Shown here one piece after another: positions 17,519-25,017 of a stretch of DNA of 64,000 nt. The DNA is from Bacteroidaceae bacterium (lineage in GTDB: Bacteria > Bacteroidota > Bacteroidia > Bacteroidales > Bacteroidaceae). Each line of letters starts with the position of its first letter. The first letter of the stretch is position 1. Below the pieces are notes generated by a model. That model worked only from the letters and a program-made list of their open reading frames with translations. It was not told where the DNA came from and ran no database searches. The stretch spans positions 84,088-148,087 of the forward strand of contig JBGUVW010000031.1 of assembly GCA_045220475.1 (NCBI GenBank), read 5' to 3'. The position numbers and the translations under genes are program-made.

Positions 17519-18300
17519 CCATTAAGGACCTTCCGTCCCCCCACAATCCCTATTATAAACTCCTCGGGAATGAATCCCCAGAAACGGGAGTCATAGGAGT
17601 TCATGGAATTATCACCTAAAGCAAAATAATAATCCCCCTTAAAGGAATACTCCTCCAGATCATCACTCATTACATCGCCCGTCTCATACTCAATAACCTG
17701 ACGGTACAACTCACGGGTAAAACCATCCAGAGATACTTTCATTCCCTTTGCAGGAACAACCAAAGGACCCCAATTCTTTATGTTCCACTTATGAGCGGAT
17801 AATGGAATAACATCATAATTGTCATTCCAGATAAACACGCTGTCAAACATCCAGCGTAATCTCTCCTGCTCTTCTACTACTCCAATAGGCCTCAACACCT
17901 TGTCATTCCAACAATGCCCATCCACCGCTCCTATCCTATCTCCGGGACATCCCAGTACACGTTTACAGTATACCTCGGTATTATTAAGTTCAATTGTATG
18001 ACTCCATTTTTTTATAGGCGTATTAAACAGGATAACATCTCCCGGTAATAACTCCCTTAAACCAGGAATACGACAGACGTATTTTTTCTCATTAATCATT
18101 ATCCTAGGCCCAAACAGCATTTTGTCTACTTGAACTCTTTGACCCGGCTCTATGGTGGGATACATTGAGGGTGTCACCACTCTATAGGAATCCATTACCA
18201 GTATTTTTATCAGAACAACAGCCAAACATAAAGCAAACAGATAAGGAGTTACTACAGACTTAATGCTGCTATTCTTTGATTCTGTTCTTTTATTCTCCAT
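17494..18300 (-). CDS. Signal peptidase I (S26 family), last gene of the island operon
   Basis: N-terminal TM, Ser box VVTPSMYPTI, Lys box YCKRVLGCPGD, and GDNSMNSYDSRFWGFIP box. It overlaps the upstream gene by 11 nt and the convergent GNAT gene by 25 nt. Confidence 0.85.
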   Translation of the reverse strand: MENKRTESKNSSIKSVVTPYLFALCLAVVLIKILVMDSYRVVTPSMYPTIEPGQRVQVDKMLFGPRIMINEKKYVCRIPGLRELLPGDVILFNTPIKKWSHTIELNNTEVYCKRVLGCPGDRIGAVDGHCWNDKVLRPIGVVEEQERLRWMFDSVFIWNDNYDVIPLSAHKWNIKNWGPLVVPAKGMKVSLDGFTRELYRQVIEYETGDVMSDDLEEYSFKGDYYFALGDNSMNSYDSRFWGFIPEEFIIGIVGGRKVLNGYGQTKRW

Positions 18301-19921
18301 TTGCCAACATTTTTATACGGTTGTGATATTCTTTTGCGGTATTTGACTGAATTTTAGGAGTGAACTTATCTGAAAATACAGCAATTGCATCCAGTTTTTC
18401 CATATCGCCTGTATAATGATACAGTTCAGCCAGGTCCATTAATGGCGTTATCCTATGAGGTGTCAGCAGGAAAGATTTAATGTATGAAGTCTCAGCTTCA
18501 CTATAATGCTTATGCCTAAAATGATTATGCCCAATTTCACGCCATAAGGAGGGATTGTTATAACGGCTTATTCCCAACCGTAAGATAGAATCAGATTTTT
18601 CATAATGCCCTGTCTTACTTAAGGACACGCCATAAGCATAAATCAAATCTCCGCTCGATAAATCCTTGTCAAACCGGTCGTCACAAAGATTGCATACTGT
18701 CTGGAACTCCCCTTTGTTGAAAAAGAATAATGCATCTGATTCTCCATTCCTAAGTTCCCTAGATCGCTCTATTTGAGGCAACTCAAGAAACAGCATAATT
18801 CCAAATATAGCTATTTCACAATAAGTTAACAGTAAAGGAGCAAAGGAGTATTTGGTATCAGAGAAAGAGTTATCCAGACTACTTGCAGCTCCAAGAAACA
18901 TAGACAAAGACAAGCAATAATCAGAATAACAATGAGGATATGAGAATAGCGATATAAGGAATAGGGATAATAGACCATACCCCAATGGATTCTTATCTTT
19001 AATTAATAGCCATATTGCTCTTAGGATAATATAGAGTGATAACAACATCGCTAAGAAACCATGTTCCACTCCTATCCGCAGAAATTCATTGAACGCAGTC
19101 AATAGAGAACATGCATACCGGGCATCTTTAAAGTCGCCATTAAGTATAGAATCAATATCTACATCATATGAGTTATTACTGAAATACCTGATCTGTTCGT
19201 CTCCAAAGACAGTTGAAAAACTCTCTATTCCAGACCCCAGTACACCATTATGAGGCATTGCCCTAAATGCAATCTTTGCCATATAAAACCGTCCGTCTGC
19301 AGACGGTTTCTTTACGTAATAAAGAATCGCGAACAGGGAAACCAGAATAACAGCTATTGTAACAATATGTTTCTTGACAAACTCCGAATATTTTGGACTC
19401 AAACAGAAATAACAAAAGACCGGAATAATTAGTGCCAACAAAGCCAGACGGCTTTTTGTGAAACCAACTAATACAATGATCAAGCCAATCAACAATAAAG
19501 AAGGTATCTTTAGCCATACTTTGCATCCGTTAAGTACAATTACTGCCAACACGCTGCATGAAATGGAAAGAAAACATCCATAAAGATTAGTATTCGACAT
19601 TGAACCAACCGGATATTCAGCTCCATGATACAACTGTAAGATACCCATGTAAGACTCTTTTAATGTTATAAGCAAGAGTATGGATAAACATATCAGATAT
19701 GCCGTTCCTTTATAATAATGGAAAAGCAATCGCGAAACTGAATAATAAAATAGTATCAAGACACTGTTCCTCAGTTTGATATCTGAGGCACATTCTGCCA
19801 ATGAGGTATATCCACCAAGTATATATTGACCTGCAATCAGCAAAAATGCAAACAATAATATGGCGATATCCAACGAGCAGATTTTATGTATCTTCTTTAC
19901 TCGCGTCACTAATTCACTCAT
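18290..19921 (-). CDS. Polytopic membrane protein, O-antigen-ligase-like (Wzy_C) domain fused to C-terminal TPR repeats
   Basis: There are many hydrophobic segments over about 400 aa, then a soluble tail with TPR-like repeats (YAYGVSLSKTGHYEKSDSILRLG, HFRHKHYSEAETSYIKSFLLTP, LAELYHYTGDMEKL). Start is chosen at the ATG at 19919-19921 (ATGAGTGA overlap). The track ORF begins at a TTG at 19954. Confidence 0.6.
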   Translation of the reverse strand: MSELVTRVKKIHKICSLDIAILLFAFLLIAGQYILGGYTSLAECASDIKLRNSVLILFYYSVSRLLFHYYKGTAYLICLSILLLITLKESYMGILQLYHGAEYPVGSMSNTNLYGCFLSISCSVLAVIVLNGCKVWLKIPSLLLIGLIIVLVGFTKSRLALLALIIPVFCYFCLSPKYSEFVKKHIVTIAVILVSLFAILYYVKKPSADGRFYMAKIAFRAMPHNGVLGSGIESFSTVFGDEQIRYFSNNSYDVDIDSILNGDFKDARYACSLLTAFNEFLRIGVEHGFLAMLLSLYIILRAIWLLIKDKNPLGYGLLSLFLISLFSYPHCYSDYCLSLSMFLGAASSLDNSFSDTKYSFAPLLLTYCEIAIFGIMLFLELPQIERSRELRNGESDALFFFNKGEFQTVCNLCDDRFDKDLSSGDLIYAYGVSLSKTGHYEKSDSILRLGISRYNNPSLWREIGHNHFRHKHYSEAETSYIKSFLLTPHRITPLMDLAELYHYTGDMEKLDAIAVFSDKFTPKIQSNTAKEYHNRIKMLANGE

Positions 19922-20489
19922 AATACCAACCTGAATCATTATACATTTGGGCAAGGTAATCCAGACAGTCTTTCAACTTGCGTGTATCAGACTCTCTATT
20001 TTCCAGTCGATAATACTTTGATACCATACCATCTTTTGCGACCAATAGCAATCGTTGGTTACGGTTTAGAACTGCAGACATCTTGTACCTGAAATCAACC
20101 AATACGTCAAAAGGATAATCCTGAAACTTTATATCATTAACTATCAGGCCAATGTCATCCTTTGGAGATATAATCACCTTAAAATCACATCTATCGCCCA
20201 TTATCTCCCTGCAAACATCATAAAAGGATTCAAAGCCAAGCAGATGTTCCATTTCACATGCCGCACATTTTGATGAATCTATCCACAAAATGATGGAATA
20301 ATCATGTAACAAAGTATCTATTAGTACCATATCAACACGATTTCCCTTTACAAGCAGTAAACTGTCACATTCAATTTGTCTCCCAATTATATCATCATTT
20401 CTGATTATTCCGGAACTGAAAAAACATAACGACAACACCAGAATAATCAGACTGGACGATAACCATTTTTTTACAGATTCCTTACTCAT
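19914..20489 (-). CDS. Membrane-anchored thioredoxin-like protein with CAAC motif
   Basis: N-terminal TM (WLSSSLIILVLSLCFF). LWIDSSKCAACE resembles the W-x-x-x-C-x-x-C active-site region of TlpA-type proteins, with 2 extra residues. Its ATG directly abuts the upstream stop. Confidence 0.5.
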   Translation of the reverse strand: MSKESVKKWLSSSLIILVLSLCFFSSGIIRNDDIIGRQIECDSLLLVKGNRVDMVLIDTLLHDYSIILWIDSSKCAACEMEHLLGFESFYDVCREIMGDRCDFKVIISPKDDIGLIVNDIKFQDYPFDVLVDFRYKMSAVLNRNQRLLLVAKDGMVSKYYRLENRESDTRKLKDCLDYLAQMYNDSGWYYE

Positions 20490-21713
20490 TTACAACAGCT
20501 CCATCTTAATAAAGATTGTTTCTCCCTCAGAAAGGTTCTGTTCTTCAACATATCTCTTCAATTGCTTATAGAGAGACCTGATTTTTTCATCATGAAGGGA
20601 TTCGGTTTTTGAAAGAATGTAGTATAAACTATAAGAAACACGACCATATATAATATTGTCATACTCACATAACCTTGTAAAGGAGAACCATATATATTTC
20701 CATATATCCAATGTTGTCAATTCCGGAACCAGAGAATCTTCAAAGAAACTGTCAGGACGCAAAATAATACCACAAGAGTTTTGCGTCTTGTCATACAACA
20801 TGGAATGATATTTATTGTTGATAAAAAAATTGGCTACAATATATTTGTCCGTTTCAAATAAGCCGGATATAGAGTTAAGGAAATCCCCATTAAATACCAT
20901 AAGATCTTTACCCGGAAGCATCAGTTCAGCCCCAGTAATTCCATCAAAGATGTCTTTTGTCATCTCCTTATCTGCCTTAAACCTGTAAGTTGATTCAACC
21001 CCGTTCTTGGTCAAAGAAAAAATATTGTAATCATAATTCAACATGAATCGGAGTGTATCATGATAAATATATGATAATTCCGTATACCCTTCAGTTCCAT
21101 TAAATGCTATCAAGTAAGGCGGCATAGTCAGATAACTGTCATATCTGGAAGCATCTTTATTATAGGTTATGCAGTAATGATTATTTTTTTCATTCTCTCC
21201 AAAAACGGTGAGGCCCAAATAAGAATCTGAGTTCTTATACAGATAACTCCCTTTTATTTCGGTCTTATTATCATAACCCATGAATTCTCCCATATCTGTA
21301 TAACGCAACAGTCGGCCCAATACAAGATCATAAAGCATCAGTGTATCATTCATCATAAACATGTTACCCACATTCAGCACTTCACCTCTCCCCCTTCCGG
21401 TAAGTGGTTTTGAGAACTTAAGATTGCCAGACTTGTCATAACCCAAGAAAAAATAGGTCCTATCTGAAAGGAAATAATAACCATTATCAGAAACGGCCAT
21501 TTTAGGACAATCCAGATGAACCCAATTATCACCAACCTTCAAGTTCAATACACTGATATCCGCAATTCTGTCAATGATATCAAAACGGTTCGTTTTATTA
21601 TCCAGATCAATATAATGTTTGGTAGGATAATTAAATAAATCTTCACCGCTGTTCTTATCAGAACATGAAATCAAAGAAACCAACAATAAACACAAACAAA
21701 TAATCTTTTTCAT
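20490..21713 (-). CDS. Lipoprotein, 6-bladed beta-propeller-like (BF3164-like Bacteroidales family)
   Basis: Signal peptide with lipobox LISC. The sequence is Tyr/Asn/Phe-rich, repetitive and beta-type. Its overall resemblance to the Bacteroidales 6-bladed beta-propeller family is judged from memory only. Confidence 0.55.
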   Translation of the reverse strand: MKKIICLCLLLVSLISCSDKNSGEDLFNYPTKHYIDLDNKTNRFDIIDRIADISVLNLKVGDNWVHLDCPKMAVSDNGYYFLSDRTYFFLGYDKSGNLKFSKPLTGRGRGEVLNVGNMFMMNDTLMLYDLVLGRLLRYTDMGEFMGYDNKTEIKGSYLYKNSDSYLGLTVFGENEKNNHYCITYNKDASRYDSYLTMPPYLIAFNGTEGYTELSYIYHDTLRFMLNYDYNIFSLTKNGVESTYRFKADKEMTKDIFDGITGAELMLPGKDLMVFNGDFLNSISGLFETDKYIVANFFINNKYHSMLYDKTQNSCGIILRPDSFFEDSLVPELTTLDIWKYIWFSFTRLCEYDNIIYGRVSYSLYYILSKTESLHDEKIRSLYKQLKRYVEEQNLSEGETIFIKMELL

Positions 21714-21731
21714 AATCTTTATCTATTTAAT

Positions 21732-21753
21732 ATTTGGGGCCGAAGCCCCAAAT
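21732..21753 (-). other. Intra-operon stem-loop with cUUCGg tetraloop
   Basis: The minus-strand RNA is AUUUGGGGC-UUCG-GCCCCAAAU, a 9-bp stem with no U-tract after it. It lies between the second small-protein gene and the propeller gene. Confidence 0.7.
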
Positions 21754-21758
21754 AAGAA

Positions 21759-22127
21759 TTAATACTCCATTAGTTCTGGTATGATATTATCGAGTTTAGT
21801 ACCATCTGGCAGCCAAACCCCAACATATTGAGTTTCACACAAAGAGTAATCTTGTGATCCACACCACCTTTCTTCAATTCTTCCATCATCTATTGACAGA
21901 TCTATGTTATAGATATTGAAAAACTCTAAAGGAGTTAGGCGCCTACGTCTTAGGGTCGTATTAAAAATAAATGATACTTCTGTACCATTTTCCATTCTCC
22001 ATCCCCATTCGGGAGGTTCAGCATATGCAATTTTTGTATCAAATGACAGAGCACTTATAACATTCTCTGATTGACACAACAAAAACAATAAGCTGATAGC
22101 GATAATATAAACTCTGTATTTCTTCAT
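21759..22127 (-). CDS. Small secreted protein B (122 aa), paralog of 22160-22570
   Basis: N-terminal hydrophobic segment, then ENVISALSFDTKIAYAEPPEW, ENGTE, and WCGSQDYSLCETQY. It aligns end to end with protein A. Confidence 0.65.
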   Translation of the reverse strand: MKKYRVYIIAISLLFLLCQSENVISALSFDTKIAYAEPPEWGWRMENGTEVSFIFNTTLRRRRLTPLEFFNIYNIDLSIDDGRIEERWCGSQDYSLCETQYVGVWLPDGTKLDNIIPELMEY

Positions 22128-22159
22128 GTTAAGATAGTATTATATGTTTAATACTCAAA

Positions 22160-22570
22160 TCAAAAAGGACTGCTTAACATTGGAACCCATTGTTTTGAAC
22201 CTGGTAGTATTAGAAAAACATTTCCATTGTAAGACATCGGACACATATCATCATCGCTTTTTGTACAATATGTGAGAGCTATCCTGCAATCAGACAGCGC
22301 TTTATGATACGCTCCGGCCCTAGCCTCAAGCATTTTAACTGTAACTCCCAGAGTACCACCCCATTCGCTTGCTGTATTATATACAATATCTGGTCTGGAA
22401 TTAAGCAATACTACTCTTTCGGTTCCATTCGCATCAGGAAGAAGTACCCACTCTGGATCTGCATAAGCAATCTTTGTGTCAAAAAACAATGCATTCCTTA
22501 CACGATCAATAGAAAGCACAGATAAAGCTGCTGTCATTATGGCTAGCAGTACATAATGTTTTGTTTTCAT
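22160..22570 (-). CDS. Small secreted protein A (136 aa), paralog of 21759-22127
   Basis: Start is moved to M33 (ATG 22568-22570), where MKTKHYVLLAIMTAALSVLS forms a signal sequence aligned to protein B. It then reads DRVRNALFFDTKIAYADPEW, ANGTE, and YCTKSDDDMCPMSY. Confidence 0.65.
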   Translation of the reverse strand: MKTKHYVLLAIMTAALSVLSIDRVRNALFFDTKIAYADPEWVLLPDANGTERVVLLNSRPDIVYNTASEWGGTLGVTVKMLEARAGAYHKALSDCRIALTYCTKSDDDMCPMSYNGNVFLILPGSKQWVPMLSSPF

Positions 22571-22751
22571 TTCAATTATTTTTAAAGTTAAACTCATTGT
22601 ACTATTAAGCTTTGATTCCACAATACATGATAGTTGTTTGTAGGGCGTAAAAGCCTTTATACACAATCTCTCATTTATGGAAAAGGTCTAAAACCATATT
22701 TCTTTATCATCCAATTTGCTTAAGACTAGATGAATAATTCTTTAAATCCAC

Positions 22752-22759
22752 TATCTTTG
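22752..22759 (+). promoter_or_regulatory. Orphan -7 box TATCTTTG pointing away from the island operon
   Basis: Exact consensus, but no annotated plus-strand gene follows. A 31-codon ORF (22784-22879) and a hairpin lie downstream. Confidence 0.35.
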
Positions 22760-23033
22760 CGGCGTTCAGGTTTAGGTTAAACTATGGACCTGGATTGGGA
22801 AGGGATATTGACAGCGAACTTTGCAAGGGTGGCACTGTCTTATCCCTTCTCTCTTTCCAGATCTGTTATTGCTCTCTAGTTTTCTATCACATAATTCAAT
22901 TCTTTAGTCAACAATCGTGATAAATCCGCCATGGGCAGCTACCATGCACCCTTGGAGCCTATGCACGGAGCCGCCCCGGCAGATAAAGCTATTGTTGAGT
23001 TACATTAATATTATCTAATACCATAATCATTCA

Positions 23034-25010
23034 TTACCACCATTCTATGTTTCCGTCTTGATCCAGCAGGAACGGACGCTCATCATTTCCTCTGGTATAG
23101 TTACGTAGCCAGAGAAGTGTATTGATGGGAACATTGTCATAATGCAGAGTGTTGTCATCGGCCACTTTACGGCCTATTGAGAACCAGTCTAGTCCGTCAA
23201 AGTACAGCAGTTCATACTGGTTGCCGGGACATATGTCATTGTCATCACTACGGGGGACAATCCTTACGAATGATACATTGCCAGGAGTTCCCAAATCCAG
23301 CCCCACCCAGTTTCCATCTGGTTGGTTCACCTCAAAATTGCTGAGCAGGTCTCCGTCATATGCCCGGTCTATTGCATCCTGGCCCGCCTCGGGGACTGCA
23401 ATTCCACGGCCTTTTACCGGATTACCCAAGCTATCCATAAACAGGACCTCGGCAACACTACCCCATGAGCCGTCGGGCGAGAGATAACGCCAGTAACGGT
23501 AAGGGGCACGGGCACAAACCGGAATCTTGTCAGGAATTATTGTACTCTCTATTGTGTAAAGTGTTACTGAATCACTGAAATCAGGACGTGTTGCGCACTG
23601 TATCTTGCCTCCAAGTATACGCCGACGCATATCTACCACATTATAAGACTCAAAGTACTTGCGACGAATATCAATGCTGCGCACGCCGTCACCTCCTTCG
23701 CTATGGATATAACGTACTCTACCGTCTTTTTCCAGGATAAACGGTTCACTTGCCGGAGCAAGGGCAGAACCGTTATAATAGAGCGCTATGTAAAGAACGT
23801 TTCTACCCATGTTCCTGAAACAGGCCTTATCATGCTTAACCTCTCCATAATCCAGGACACGCCATGATGGACCACCGGAATTTACAAACACTGCTATGTA
23901 GGCATATTTATCATCAATCCTTATATCACTCAATAACTGAACCTCTATGTCCGATGTCCGTACGTAATGGTCCGTCACATCCTGCTGGCACAGATCAAAC
24001 TGATGGACATATTTGGCCGTATTACGGTATCTTACAATGTCACGGTTAATGGAAAATGTACTGCGCCAAACTTTGGGAATACGTTCATAGGGATAGAATG
24101 GCATGCCAGCCGCTACGATAAGGGAATTGATAGTTGGAGTCTCCTTGCCCTGGTCTGAAAGGAACGTGAACCAACTGTGTCCTTCACTGTTACGTCCCCA
24201 TACTGGAACACGGTCCACAACCGACGGCAGTCCCAGGCTACGGAAAACGGCAGTTCCCATAGTTACATAATCATAACAGCTGCCAAATGTCATATGGGCC
24301 CATGTCTGGGCATTTCTTAAAGGTATACCGCTGCGTTCCTCCCATAATACACGCGGCGGATTCTTGGTATGAATCTCATTACGGACTATATCTATTGCAC
24401 CATATATGGAGAGACGGCGGTCATCATCTGACGGAACGGAACTGATACTGTCCGAGAAACGTGCCGAAAGGGTATCACGCCATGAATCCAGCAACTGATA
24501 ATCTATGACTTTGTATGGCAATATCCAATCCCTGAACTCATCAAATGTGAGATGCTGAGCCCACGGACGGGTACGCCACTCATGGAATGCCTTGTCAATA
24601 TTTTCAATCAGATAATCAGATGTTACCAGCTTTATGTCAGATTCTACGGATCTTGAAAGAGTATAATTGAGCGCATCACTGATGGAGCGTAAGGTATCAC
24701 GCTGCCACTCGGGGGTACCGCCTGATTGCTGAATCTTAAGAGCTGCGTTATAATAGAAATCAACTGTTGCCGTATCAGAGTATGAGAAGTGTCCCGGCAT
24801 GTTGATGATAAGATACTTGGCAGCAGCTAACTTGGACGGATCCTTGTCCTCGTGCCTATAATGGTCAAGGACCCGTTCAAGTTGCGGCCGGTTCTCGCCG
24901 GCAACTTTAAGGGCATAACGCAGATACCTCTGTTCATTACTGCAACTGCTTAAAACTGCCAGGAGAACACATGAGACCGAAGCCCCAATAAATCCAAAGA
25001 TGTTTTTCAT
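23034..25010 (-). CDS. Transglutaminase-like lipoprotein with C-terminal F5/8 type C (discoidin) domain
   Basis: Lipobox LSSC. Core motifs are FGSCYDY...FRSLGLPSVVDRV...GHSWF (Cys and His of the transglutaminase core). The C-terminus YWRYLSPDGSWGSVAEV...WVGLDLG...FVRIVPR is discoidin-like. Confidence 0.8.
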   Translation of the reverse strand: MKNIFGFIGASVSCVLLAVLSSCSNEQRYLRYALKVAGENRPQLERVLDHYRHEDKDPSKLAAAKYLIINMPGHFSYSDTATVDFYYNAALKIQQSGGTPEWQRDTLRSISDALNYTLSRSVESDIKLVTSDYLIENIDKAFHEWRTRPWAQHLTFDEFRDWILPYKVIDYQLLDSWRDTLSARFSDSISSVPSDDDRRLSIYGAIDIVRNEIHTKNPPRVLWEERSGIPLRNAQTWAHMTFGSCYDYVTMGTAVFRSLGLPSVVDRVPVWGRNSEGHSWFTFLSDQGKETPTINSLIVAAGMPFYPYERIPKVWRSTFSINRDIVRYRNTAKYVHQFDLCQQDVTDHYVRTSDIEVQLLSDIRIDDKYAYIAVFVNSGGPSWRVLDYGEVKHDKACFRNMGRNVLYIALYYNGSALAPASEPFILEKDGRVRYIHSEGGDGVRSIDIRRKYFESYNVVDMRRRILGGKIQCATRPDFSDSVTLYTIESTIIPDKIPVCARAPYRYWRYLSPDGSWGSVAEVLFMDSLGNPVKGRGIAVPEAGQDAIDRAYDGDLLSNFEVNQPDGNWVGLDLGTPGNVSFVRIVPRSDDNDICPGNQYELLYFDGLDWFSIGRKVADDNTLHYDNVPINTLLWLRNYTRGNDERPFLLDQDGNIEWW

Positions 25011-25017
25011 GATTGAT

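Noticed and set aside
22571-22666. 32-codon N-terminal extension of small protein A.
   Set aside because: The paralog alignment and the signal sequence both begin at M33. The extension (MCIKAFTPYKQLSCIVESKLNSTMSLTLKIIE) has no counterpart in protein B.
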